Positions 38,527-50,929 of a stretch of DNA of 64,000 nt are shown piece by piece (positions within the stretch are counted from its first letter, which is position 1; each line of letters begins with the position of its first letter). Source of the stretch: Lingula anatina. Taxonomy: Eukaryota; Animalia; Brachiopoda. The notes under the pieces were generated by a model that had not been told where the DNA came from, did no database searches, and saw nothing but the letters and a program-made list of their open reading frames with translations. The position numbers and the translations under genes are program-made. Location: contig CM120640.1 in assembly GCA_051362555.1 (NCBI GenBank), positions 43,874,788 through 43,938,787 on the forward strand, in the 5' to 3' direction.

Positions 38527-40779
38527 GACTGAATGTAACAGAGCTCAGATGAGCATAAAGTTAACTGTAATGCCAGAGTGTTATGCATGTTAAACATCTG
38601 CTGCAGAATGTAGGACATCATTGGTACTCGATGCTCTATTAAATTGCTTTGGTTTAATTAAGCGAATACAAGCCTAAAAACCCCAGGGACAGGCTAATGT
38701 AAAAACATCAAATAAGTGATGAACGTTTGAACCAGTCTTTGCATTGAAAGAAAAATCAACTCAACTAAGGATGATGTCCCAAGCAGATTTTCCTGAAAGC
38801 TTTGGTGCCAGACAAGCCATTTTAATTGCTGTTAAAAGTGTAAATACAAAAGAGGAAGAGCAGAGGGGCTTACAGATTATTTTAGGGCTGATTAATATTG
38901 AGTCAAGTGCAACAAGTATCCCAATAACTGTGTATATTATCTTAAAGTAAATTAAAGTACATCCTTTACTTATTGTTTCTTACAAAGAACCTAGTTAACA
39001 ATGTAGCATATATGATAATCAGGTGACCAAATGTAACTAAACATACACGAGGTGTTACATGTTGGAACGAAACTCTTCACATAATACTTTATACCTTTAA
39101 TGTATTGCAAGTTTTATCTTTTGGGAGTAAGAGCACTTGGTTGCTTAGCATTGCAATATGCCTTTGAGCTGTTGTGTTGTCATGACAGTATATTGTGAAC
39201 ATGGTAAATGGTAGATGTTAGCATTGTAAATAAGTGATCTTCAAAAGATCTGGTTTCGCCTCCCACCCCTCCCCTTGCTTTGTTTGTTGCCAGGCATGCA
39301 GCATGCGAAGTGATCTCTAATATCATTCCCATTTTTGTGTGTTACAGTATTTATAAATGTCCTTTTCTTGGGAATTTTTCTGGGGCATTTAAGAAGTTGC
39401 TCATAGCATTGCAGTGTGTAAAGCTTTTTTTGAAATACTACCTGTGTGTTGTACAAATAAATTGGCAGCTTAGAGTAGAGAAGTAAAGATAAAATTTGAG
39501 TTTAATTGCTCACCACATTAACTTAGCTCGAGTGTCCCAGGTTTTCTTTTTATTTGCAAAAAGTTCAAGTAGTTTAAATTTCTGGAATTTTAGCTCTCAG
39601 GGAATGAAAGTACAGTGGATACAGTGTACGTTATTTTCTGCTGCATGCCCTCATTGTAAATTTGTGTAATATATATGAGATTTCTATTACGAGTATGGTT
39701 TCAACAAGCCAATGTGACCTCTTTGTTTTTTAAAGTAGGGTAAAACACTTGTGAACTACTGTACAGAGAATGACTGTGTATTTTTTCTCTTTGCAAAATA
39801 AACTATGAAAGTTTACTGCATAAAACCTTTTATTTTCCCTTTTGTTCCAGAAGTACATCAGCATGTTGTAAACTAATGTAAATAGATGTCAGCCAGCAAT
39901 TTACACATTTGCTAGCATGCTTTATTTTGGTGAACTGGATATTCTATATTTAAACCAAAAAAGTGGCAGTAATTAACTCCAGTGGAAGTGGTCCAATGGA
40001 AATCGTCCAAGATATCGACTATCTGCATTGCATGATGTCATACAAGACTTGAAAACGTGCAAGAATCTGCATGAGGTGGGGTTAACCTTTTAGCAATAAT
40101 AATGAAATTACATGCACAGGCATGTTGTCTTGGGAAGCAATACAAAAGTAACATGCAAAACATGGGCAATATCACATGTACTGTAGTGCAAAAGACTAAT
40201 ATGGCAAAACTAGATAAAATGACAAGAAAAGTATTTGGAAAAATTCTGTCAATATTTACCTCTAACCTCACCACACTTAACCCACTATATCCAAATCCCG
40301 CAGAATCTCACTTGATTTCACATTAAGGTATGAGATTTTGTTTTTATACAATATTCAGAAATTAAACCACATGCTATATCAAGCATCAATTACACCTTCC
40401 AGTTCAACCTGATAGTAAGTTAAATCACCTTTGGTTGTAATATCTAGAAAAGCTGGTAAAACATTTTAACATTCGTTATCTTTCCTGAAAGGGCCAAATA
40501 TAAGTTACCAATTATTACTATTACTTTACTGTGTAAGTGATTTAGTTACAGCAGCTTGAATAAAAGAATCAAAATCAACCCTGCATACGTGTGAAACTTC
40601 CCTGAGTGAATCTGAATCTGCTACTCTGTAAATAAAAATACTAAATACATCTGTTGGACATTGAATTTATGCACATTTGGTTTTCTTTTTAACTTATGGA
40701 AATAAAAAGGCTGCACACTTTTATCAGTTCCATGCATCCCAAGGCTTAAAGAAAGAAGACATCCATCCTCAGAAACCAA

Positions 40780-41095
40780 CATGATGGCCTTGTGGTCAGT
40801 GTTCATTTTTTACAGCAAAGATGTGGGTTCAACCCATCCAAGGACATAGCAGTCCTTCATAAACGGTACCTGCTGTCTCCCTACTTGGCACTGAGCAATA
40901 ATGCATTGAAGTAGGGATGATGTTCCTGTTCTGGCTGTGAAAAATATTGTTCATTTGCAGGCATTTTTGCATCTCAGACGACAGCTGGGCTACACTCAGT
41001 GTGTATCAGAACCAAAAACTTTCCAAGCATATTGTCACTTAATGTAAACTGCACCGAGATGCATGTGTAGTCTGGTTAAAACAAAAAACAAACTT
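40780..41095 (+). mobile_element. Probable degenerate tRNA-derived SINE
   Basis: Pol III A-box-like TGGCCTTGTGG (40785-40795), B-box-like GGTTCAACCC (40826-40835), SINE-core-like GGTACCTGCTGTCTCCCTACTTGGCACTGAGCA, and an A-rich tail GTTAAAACAAAAAACAAAC. Confidence 0.5.
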
Positions 41096-41372
41096 AACTT
41101 GAACTTCCAAAATAAAAATCTTCAGACAAAGTCATAGACATAGTCCGAATAACTTCCATTTGACAGTTGATGCGGCATTCATTTAGTGCCAAGCATTAGT
41201 TAATTGACTCCCCTCTATAACCACCATGTCTGAGGTAGCATTGTAAGCTGCACTTGGACTTCTGGAGACGTAATCCTCTATCAGTGCTGCACGGCCCTAT
41301 ACACCAGCTGCATCTTCACACGGCTTGAATAGCATGGAGTTTGGATAAATAATATTCATTACCAGCTCTCCA

Positions 41373-42793
41373 TCATTTGTCCTCCTTTGCTTTAAGGAGA
41401 GTGGCCAGTACTTCAGCTTTAGTGAGAGCTGAAGAAGCTGAGAGGGTCAGACTTTTATTCCTTGACTTAGCTCCCTGTAATGAGACAAGCATAGAATTGA
41501 AAAGGTTATCAATCAACTTGGCTGTGATTAATCATTGTAAATACAAAAAAAGGGTGGGGGAGAAAAAAAACATAATAAAGGAAAACCATTTCCATCTTTA
41601 TAAATAAGTATGGTAATATTAATGCTACTGGAAAGGTAAAGCTAAGAAATGAGTGGTTCAGTTTCTCATGGCACAGAAGCTACAAAAAGCCATCTTTGCA
41701 TGAATGGTCTCCTTCTACAATAGTTACCCATGGCCAACACAAGATATATTAGTATTAACTAACTTACTCAGTCACAGCAGTTAACACTGAGGTATTAGGT
41801 AATGTGTTAATATACCTTGTCCAGTGAGACATCAGACTTCCTAATCTGAAGTAATTTAGCAATGTATTTGGTTAACTCTACATTTGCTTCCCCATCAACG
41901 GGTGGAGCTGCAATCTGGACGCAAATGCCTTCCTCTGAAATATCTGACAAAATGAAAAACATCAAGTGAATAAATGTTTATAATATGGCAAAAAATGCAC
42001 AGAAGGCATAGTAGAATCTTGTATTTACATTATTGTTACTGAAATATCAAAAGTAAAATCTAATAGTTATAGAGTAAGCTAAATGTAATTTGAACTTCAC
42101 CTGTTATGGCATTCTGTTTGGCACCTGGCTTGGCCATAATTCTTATAGTGACATTTCCATCTTTATTTTGTGTTACAGCCATTTCTTCTTTTGAGGGTTT
42201 TGGTCCACTTTCCTGGAAAATTATAAAAGGGGCACTTCACGTATTGATTAAAATATAAACAGTGCATCAATTACCATGTGTCGCATCATCATTTTCTCAG
42301 TGCATCAAGGACTTGCCTCAGGTAGAGGCACAATGTTAATTCAATTAATAATGGGAAATTTTAAATCAAAATCAAACCTAAACGTCAAACTAAATTCCGG
42401 GACCGGAGATATATTTCCTGTTTAAGGTCTAACTCTGCCTCTACCTTGTACGAATTAAACATTATTTGCTGACCGATTATACCGTTGTCCCAGTTTTCTG
42501 CGTAGCATGCTAGGCCCAAAACTGAAATAAACTAGTATCACCCCAACAACAGTAAGCCTAAGGTCTTGAAATTTTAACTTTTTAGACCCTGCTGCTGCAG
42601 TGTTGGGGTGAAACTCAAACGTTCAGAGGTTAAATCAATGAACTGGCATAATTGAAATTAGAATAAAACCATATCAAACCTGAGCATATGTTTTGTCTTT
42701 AGCTTTCTTACCAGGAAATATCGAACGGAATCTGCAAATAGATAATTGAACAGGGATTTGTGGTGCTCGACGCAACGAAAACACCTTGTGCAT
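41373..42793 (-). CDS. C15orf40: UPF0235 / DUF167 (YggU-like) protein, C15orf40 homologue, 151 aa
   Basis: Four minus-strand exons with GT-AG and consistent phases: 42680-42793 ([11 protein letters not shown]...KTYAQ), 42101-42212 (…[19 protein letters not shown]), 41816-41943 (…[35 protein letters not shown]), 41373-41474 (GAKSRNKSL…EDK*). AKPG, APPxDGEAN and GxKSRxK are DUF167 motifs. Exon 1 is the least certain. Confidence 0.92.
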
Positions 42794-43014
42794 TTTGAAA
42801 AAGGGTACTATGGGATTTACGACATATAGGTGTGGATAATCGGGTTTTCTTCAAGGCAAAGTACAATATATATATATATAAATATTAGAATGAGACAGTT
42901 GAGAATTTTTATACTTCATTTATTGATTTTATTAAGATATTATTAAGTCTCCAATCTTACCATTTCAATTTTTAATACGACAATAGTACCCACTTGAAGC
43001 ATAAATAAAGAAGC
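42794..43014. promoter_or_regulatory. Bidirectional promoter shared by the C15orf40-like gene and NR2C2AP
   Basis: Divergent start codons 221 bp apart, with local CpG enrichment at about 42.2-43.05 kb. Confidence 0.65.
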
Positions 43015-43717
43015 ATGTCAGCCTCCATTCTGAAGAGCTTGGCAAATTACCGGTGAGATTTTAACCACTTCCTTTAACTTTTTCAGAGAGAAAATGTTCA
43101 TTTTTACATGACAGATGATTTTTACACTACTGATCTGAATTTTTAATCCTGTTTTCAGCCAAGTGGCAGAGACAGGGGTTCCTTTCATTTTATCTTATTT
43201 AACGTCCTGGTATTAGTCGGATTAACCTTAGCATTGAGTTTTTAGACTTCACCTTTACAATTGCACAATCATTTAACACCAATATCAAGACAGGCTAACA
43301 TATATGAAAGTGTAATATTAACAAAAATGCATTTCGAATACCATGTAACCAGCAGTCCCTTTTTTAATGCAGCATGTTTCAGGCGTTTTCAAGTTACATA
43401 TGAAGTCAAACACTTGCCACTTAACCCAAGTGAATGCCATCATATAGTTTCAAATTTCTTAACTTAAAAATGTCAAAGGGTTTTATCTGTCCCGTACTCC
43501 CCGAGAAACGGCCTTTGAATAGCTATTTTCTGCTTTATTTCTGTGCGGTGTATATCCCTGGTAGTTTCCATCAAGATTCAAGTCTTATTAGAAAATGTAT
43601 GCTATTGGGTGTATAACAGTAATGGCCCATATATTACTGCAGTATTTTACGGATTTTTGGGAACTGGAGGGACAGATAAAAAGGTCAAGTTTATGACCAG
43701 AAATTTATAAAAGGTGA

Positions 43718-43771
<54 letters not shown>

Positions 43772-44029
43772 ACTGGGAGATTAATTGGTTTATCCCTTTT
43801 CATGTAGACTTTATTTGAGACATACATGTATAAGAAACTATAGTAGAAGTGAAGGGAATGCAAGCTTCATATATAATTTAAGCAGTTTCCTATTAACAGT
43901 TTCTGATACTTACTGTACATTGTAGCAAATAGTACATGTCAGAAACCTTAAATAGGATGGACAAGTACAGTGAAGCTTTTATTAACAAAAGATGCATTGA
44001 GTTTTGTTACTCTATGTCAATTTTGCCAA

Positions 44030-44095
<66 letters not shown>

Positions 44096-45422
44096 CTTTG
44101 CATGTATATTTAGGGTAAGCTCAGTTCTCAACAGAGATGTGAAGCAGTTTGGGAAGAAGTTTCTATTAGATGGAGCTGACGAAACATGTTGGAATTCAGA
44201 TCAAGTCAGTACAAAAACAAAACATGAATAATTATCATGAATAATGATTTTAATGAAATATAAAGATATGAACTTAAATCTTTTTTTTCCCTTTGTAATC
44301 TAAGAGTTTGATACATTTAAATGAATGATAAAATAATTACAGGGGTTCAGAAGATAACTTATTAGCAGTGCTATTCTTATCCTTCAGGGTTCTCCCCAAT
44401 GGGTTTTACTTGAATTTTCAAAGCAGGTGGTAATAGAGGAACTCCATATACAGTTCCAAGGAGGATTTGCAGGGAAAGAATGTCATGTCCAAGTTGCCAG
44501 CATTGAAAGTGATGAGTTTACAGAACAAACAAAGATTTTTCCAGAGGATTCCAATAAGCTTCAGGTATATTTCACATTGTTCAACATTGTTGTTTTTAGA
44601 TGTACTTTGAAATGTTTGAGTAAACTATTACTTACCAAGAATCACATTTCACCAATTATTGTAATGGGAAAATTATGAATGGTCAGTATGACTATAATGC
44701 ACTGTACAGCTCAATATAGTGCAACACAGCCCAATACACTACAAAAAAACAAGAAAGCCCAGTGGCAAATAAACACAGGAAATGGTCATTCCCTACAAAA
44801 TAGGGTCATATGAAAGTGAAATATATTACTTGGTAATTAATATCATTGATACAACTTAAGAAATCGGCACAACTTGTTGTTGGGTCGCCTGCCATGTTGG
44901 CAAGTGGATCTTCATGGTTGGTATTGTTGAAAAGAACAGCCACTCACCAACATGGCATCTTACCCAACAATAAACAAGTTGTGCTGATTTGTTATTTATT
45001 AATAACCTAATAATATATTTCGCTTTTATATTACTGTATTTGTTAGGAATGACCATTTTCTGTGTTTATTTACGACTGGACTCAATTTTTCTAGTGTATT
45101 ACATTGTGTTGCCCTTATTGAACATTATAGCCACACCTGTGAATGGTGGTGTCCTTTACAAGTCTAAATATTTCTTGTTAAATGTATAATTTCCTCATCG
45201 CAACAGTTTGAAATTCAGTTCACAATTCCACATGTTGGCATCGTTTTTTATGATTTAACAAAGGATCATTATTTTCTTTCTCATATTTCTTAGGTATTTA
45301 CATTGACCCCTGCTCCTCCAGTCAGCAAGCTTCGCATTGTATTTACAAGCAGCACGGATTTTTATGGCAGGATAACAATATACAAACTAGATGTTATTGG
45401 AAGGACAGGGTCACATGATTAA
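43015..45422 (+). CDS. NR2C2AP: Nuclear receptor 2C2-associated protein (TRA16; galactose-binding-like fold), 144 aa
   Basis: Exons 43015-43052, 44114-44204 (RVSSVLNRDVKQFGKKFLLDGADETCWNSDQ), 44388-44564 (GSPQWVLLEF…IQFQGGFAG…FPEDSNKLQ), 45294-45422 (…LRIVFTSSTDFYGRITIYKLDVIG…*). Phases are consistent and the motifs match the NR2C2AP family. Confidence 0.94.
43481..43681. repeat. Degenerate inverted-repeat element in NR2C2AP intron 1
   Basis: TTTTATCTGTCCC (43481-43493) versus GGGACAGATAAAA (43669-43681), with weaker pairing continuing inward. Confidence 0.45.
43720..43767 (+). repeat. poly(T)48
   Basis: Homopolymer run read directly. Confidence 0.95.
44033..44092. repeat. (TA)30 microsatellite
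   Basis: Read directly. Confidence 0.95.
44857..44994. repeat. Foldback/MITE-like inverted repeat in NR2C2AP intron 3
   Basis: AAATCGGCACAACTTGTT…GTTGGGT…TGCCATGTTGG pairs with CCAACATGGCA…ACCCAAC…AACAAGTTGTGCTGATTT. Confidence 0.75.
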
Positions 45423-48186
45423 AATGTGTTAATATCCCTTGATTGGCTTGATTATGCCTTGCATGTCATTGTGAAGAATGGGAAAGTGAAAAAATGGGAA
45501 GTATGCATTCTGTATCCTAGAGTAATCAATTGCTTGTGCACTGCTTGAGGGACAGACAAAAACTTTATAGATAAACTTTCCCAATTGCTGAAATGTGTAT
45601 GTATATTTGGGCTTGTCTATGTAATGATTAAGGTTGAATCAATGGCCATAGTTTTTGTTTTTAAAATGGCAAAGCAGTGGATTGATGATGATGATGATGA
45701 TATGATAATGAGAAACTGCCTAACCAGCAGGTCATGGTCAGTTGAAATGCCAGAAGACCTTAATCTTTTTTGATATCGCAAGTCCTCTGGACTGTCAAGG
45801 TTTATGTGAAAATACAATACATAATAATAAATCACTTGATAATAAATCACAATCACATCTCCTCCAGACCTTCAGTATCTCCAAAGTTTTCACCATGTGT
45901 GGTGGGTGGAAAAGCATTTTTGCACAATCTGACAACCTAAGGAAGACTTTTATTAAGACAGTACAATAAATAAATAAATATTTGAGGGAACTCCATTTAA
46001 CCAATTGAATGTGTTAAACATTAAAACAAGTTGGGTTTGAGGAATGATCCAATGCTTCTGATTTGTGCCAGCTGAGAAAGGCGTCTTCTCTACCACATTT
46101 CGCTCATTCATTCCTTTATTCCACTTGTATGATTTTGACCTTGATTTTGGTCTTAAGAGACATTTGAAAGGAATATCATTACTTTATTCCCATATACTGG
46201 CTCCATTATTAAGAAAATCAAAATTGAAACCAGATCGTGAAATTTGAAATGAATGTTTTAGATAATGTGGGTGATTGCTTCTTTCTTTCTCATGTCAAAT
46301 TTTATGTTTGATCTTTTATTAATGAAACGTGTGTTGTCAGCACAGGAAATGGCGGAGTTTAACAAGGGTTCGAACGTTGAATTACGACATCGTAAATGGC
46401 ACTTTAATCAAGGTAAAGATGAAAGCTTATATAAATTGTTTCCCATTTGAGATGGTGTTGGTGTTGAGTACCTTTTGTTGGAAAAATATTTGATTCTACC
46501 AGAGATTTCCATTTGCTCTACTCGATAAAGAATTTTCTGGTACCGGTGAAACAATCATCGTAGGTTTGCGTGAGAAACTTATCAAATAAAGGACAATGGG
46601 ATCCCAAATTCCGACCAAAGCTTTAAAAGATGCCGAAAAAGTGAGGTCGTCAACCTATTCTCAAAATAAGGTTTTAGACGAACATAATTGCAACGGTGTA
46701 CGTCATGTGAAAACGTTATTATGTTGGCATTACCACAAATGACATTCATTATGGCAATAATGAATTAAAGTAATAGTTGCATACAGGAAGTTACCGACTT
46801 GATTGAAGCGGGAGAACCGTTATTCCGTTTGAGCAACCCCGAAAGAATACCGGCTATGCCGCTAGCGCTGCCAGTGAACATCAATCTTTCAACCTGAAAG
46901 AAAACAACTTTAAACAGGATGATATTGATATTGACGGCAATTAGTGATTACCTTTTTATCTTACTAAACATAAAAAACTAAACGTGGATGGGAATCTCAT
47001 TAGTGACAAAATGAGGGCTTAGTGTTCACTCATTTTCATATACTCTTCCGTTAGATGATGTAAGGTAGGCGAATAATAAAACTGAACAATTATTAAGCAA
47101 GAACCATAAACGATTATTCAGTTTCTATTTACGTGAAAACCGTGCTTTTAGACGTAAGCTGTTTGGCTACAAATAACATGATGAAATCATCAAAATTGGT
47201 TTCATTGCAGATGACTGGACAGATTTTATACCAAAATTTTGCTTGCTTGTATATGATTATATATGTTACTATAGTAAAAGGTGTCAATTTGTGAATAACG
47301 ATCCGTAGGTCTAGCTTTAATATTATTGCTCAAACTGACTAATATTACGTAAGCATGAAAACGCAAAAGCGTCAAACAAGAAGTTTTAATTTTGACCATG
47401 CAGGTAATCATCTACAAATTTAGCCACTCTTATATTTTACTTCAACGTTAGGTATGAAAACGTTTTGAATTGGACGTACATTGAGTGAAATTTAATTGCA
47501 TCTCAGGGGCCCGATCCGGATAATATTCAGATGCACTCTCAGACCAAGAGGAATCGATACTGAATAATGCTTGGTTTCGAGATATTGTGCATGTTTGGTT
47601 TTTTTGCTAACCGTTTGGTGCTTATATGCCAGCTCTTATGCTCAAATTAGCTTTTATAATTAAGTATGACCGTAAACCTTTGACTCAGAACACGGAATTT
47701 ATAACAACCCAAAGCTGTACGTCCGACCGCAGCAGTGTGTGTGTATAGACCAATACGCGGTGAAGTACTTCAAGCGTTTTCTATTCACTTAGTAGTAGAT
47801 TGTATCGCCGTCACACCTGTGTATTGAAGGGAAAAAGATTTAATGTGCGCTCGTATGTTATCCCTCAAGAAAAAAATACAAGAATTCAATTAGCGAGTCA
47901 TTTCCATTAGTCAGTTCAGACGAATAATTGTTCCTCACTGAAGTGAATGTAATCGGATTCAGTAATGGCTCTGCCCAACGAGTGGCTTAGCGTCCTGGAT
48001 AAAAAATAAGTTGGTGTGTGTTCTTGTGTCGATAAACTATGCTTACCTTAGTTCAGGTGCTTTTATTGTGAATTAAAGACCATCATTTAGGAAACAATCC
48101 AGTATAATTTTCCTGGCAATATGGCGACTGATTTAGGCGAAGACTAGCTATTCGCTACGCAGTCCTTCCCCATGTTAGGAGAAATA

Positions 48187-48377
48187 GGGCGCATTTAGAA
48201 CAAGTTGATCCGCGGATCAAATATTGGCCGATCTACTTGAAAGCTCGCCGCATAATCCACTTGTAGTCACTGGAGAGATTCTCCTTGGGGGTTACGCGGT
48301 AAGCTTTTAAGTGGGTTGGCCATATTTGATCCGCCGAGCTGTTAGTCCGCGGATCGATTTTGACTGGGAATGCGGCC
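48187..48377. mobile_element. Palindromic MITE, family copy 1
   Basis: Ends GGGCGCATT…AATGCGGCC; inverted arms share GCGGATCAAATAT(T)GGCC; flanked by ATA/ATA. Confidence 0.75.
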
Positions 48378-48412
48378 ATACATATGCCACGTAACTAGTT
48401 ATTGCACGAATG

Positions 48413-48415
<3 letters not shown>

Positions 48416-48455
<40 letters not shown>
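48416..48455. repeat. (TG)20 microsatellite
   Basis: Read directly. Confidence 0.95.
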
Positions 48456-48456
<1 letters not shown>

Positions 48457-48571
48457 TGTTTTCTTTTGTTTTTTTTATGTATCTGCCATATCTAAACATT
48501 ATATAGAAATGTTTTACACTAAATCAAAACAGAAACAACATCAAACAAAGGAATCAAAAATGCAAGCCAAA

Positions 48572-48745
48572 GGCCTATTCAGAATAGGGGACTAACTAGT
48601 CTGAGGGTCAAATATGGCAGACCCACTTGAGTACTTCCCCACGGGATATCTATTCAGTGTCTATTAGCGGATTAGACGGCAAGCTTTGTAGTAGTTCGCC
48701 ATATTTGACCCTCGTACTAGTTAATCCCCTATTCTGAATGGGGCC
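48572..48745. mobile_element. Palindromic MITE, family copy 2
   Basis: About 50-bp terminal inverted repeats (ATTCAGAATAGGGGACTAACTAGTCTGAGGGTCAAATATGGC versus its near-perfect reverse complement); AAA flanks; left end uncertain by 1 nt. Confidence 0.8.
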
Positions 48746-49949
48746 AAAGAATGTGCCAAGTAAAACCAACGGGCAAAGCCATAAACAAAAGTTGCTAATG
48801 GTATCGCTTTTCAGATGTCTTTAGTTGCACGTAGATAACTGATGATATTGGATTAAAAACTTCATTAAGCAAATTGCGTATATTATTTGAAATCTGCCAT
48901 CCAGGTTGCTTTAGGCCTTGAACCTCTTCGTGTTCGCTGATCCACTGCCGCTTTTGCACCACATTTAATTGATGTCAAGCCTTATTACCCGCATATTTCG
49001 TATTGATGTTATTTCTCTGTGATGTTGCATGTTGACGTAAGTGAAACTGGAATATACTCATTCCAGTTTTCTGAAGTTCAATTTAGATAGCATTTTCTTC
49101 AGTATCGAGATGATATTTAAGGCGTCGCTAAGTTAGCTACGCTACTGGCAGCAAGTTTAGTGCGTATTTACTAACAAAGCTCCACTACCACCACCATCTC
49201 TACATTCCCTTCAACCACCGCCCAAGACAAACAACAGCAACCAAACAACCGTACATCACAATATTCACAGTGACAATGCGATTGCACTTTCTCTCTCGGT
49301 TTTTTGATTGACTTAAATATTTCCACCGGGCTGTCTTAGCTAGGTTTCAGTTTTCTTCTTTTTTTCCAAATACAGGTATTGAGGAAATCTATCATCATAC
49401 CGCTGTGAAATATAATCAGACTGAAAGCGAGTAGGTGTCTTTATAAAATGATCATTCGGAGTCTTGAATTTTCTTCGTGCATGGAAACACCAATGAAAAA
49501 TTAGGAAGGAGCATTATGGCTCTAAGTATCAGTTATGTTTTTTTTTTTTGCGTCATCAGTCAGCGTTTCTTATCTTTGAATACGTAGCAGTGCATGTGTC
49601 GCACGTACAGCTATAAATTGAACCACTTGACTGGTAGGCTTTTAACAAATGGTAAACTTTAGAGAGATGTCTTGCAGACTTAAATTGCAATCTCTTAAAG
49701 CTATAAACAGTCAATTGCTGGCGAGAATACACACTCAGGAAAACTCAAGTGATGTTTATAACACTTTCCTTTTAGTCCGTCATTTCGCATTTCCCATCCA
49801 TTCGAACTTAAAAATCCAATTATATTAGACCGTATGATAAACTAACAGCTTCTGTTGACCCAACCAGCCTGATGAGACCTCTCATTTCGTTTAATATGTG
49901 TGTATATATTCGCATTCAAATACCCATGTGAGTGGTTGGTTGGCATACA

Positions 49950-50370
49950 TTTATCATTTGAGGAGAAAAACGTTTCAACTTCTAATTTTGTCTTGAAGGT
50001 TTTGACCTACTATCTCCCTAAGCAGTTCGTCGTCTTTTGGATGATGGCCTTCTTCCAGACTGTCGCAGCCTTTATCCAGTTGATAATAACAACGTCAATC
50101 AAAATGGAGCACCATTCCACACGGTTAAGGCTACACAGGAACTATTAGAAAATGGTGCATTGGGTGAATTTATAAAGAAATTTGACCTGTTTGTTATCCA
50201 AAGTCACACTTTTCTGACTTTTGGAACCGTCTACCAAAAAGTGTATAGTGGTCGGCGTGTCATTAAAGCTGAATAAAACGGTCATATTTCAGAGGTTTTC
50301 AAGATATAAGTATAGAAAATAACGTGATGAACCTATGCAAGTGTGAAGAAGAGGACCGATTTGGGGGATA
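49950..50370 (+). mobile_element. Degenerate Tc1/mariner-type transposase remnant
   Basis: ORF 50037-50276 reads LLPDCRSLYP…NQNGAPFHTVKATQELL…FIKK, resembling the QQDGAPxHT…TQxxL DDE/DDD segment, and is followed by a W…KVYSGR-like segment broken by frameshifts. The catalytic Asp is not intact and no TIRs were found. Confidence 0.55.
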
Positions 50371-50929
50371 ATACATACATGAATAAATTGTTATACTTCA
50401 AAAAGTTTCATTTGACATTTTGCACATGGACTATGGTCTTCAATTTATGGTCACATTTCTATGCTGGAGGTAATGCCTTGAAATAGCAAGAAGGGGAATG
50501 TCACTGAATTGCAGAGGAAAATTTTTGGAGTAACCACATCAAAATCTAATGATAATATACTATGAGAAAACATGAAATCTAACACCGTAAAATCCAACTG
50601 AAAAGGTAAAACGACACAATTGGATAATCCCAAAACCAGTCAAATCACTATAAAAGGGAAAATCCATATAGTGGAATCAGGGACAAAAAATGGTAGAAAA
50701 ACTGGACTTAGTCGAACAAATGAAGATATCTACAAAATACTATTAGGAAATATTGCATATAGACCGACAGGGCTAGTAACTTCATTCAACCTCCAGACTT
50801 AAACACACTAATGTAGAACTTGGATAATGTTGTTCTTATCCAGAACTTTGAGGAATTGTAAGGTATTACCTCCAATATTTCTGCAGCTGTTTGCTATTTT
50901 CATCAGGAAGAAACTGATTAGGGTCATTT

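Noticed and set aside
43936-44118. YIYI-repeat ORFs (and the CVCV-repeat ORF at 48410)
   Set aside because: Translations of microsatellites.
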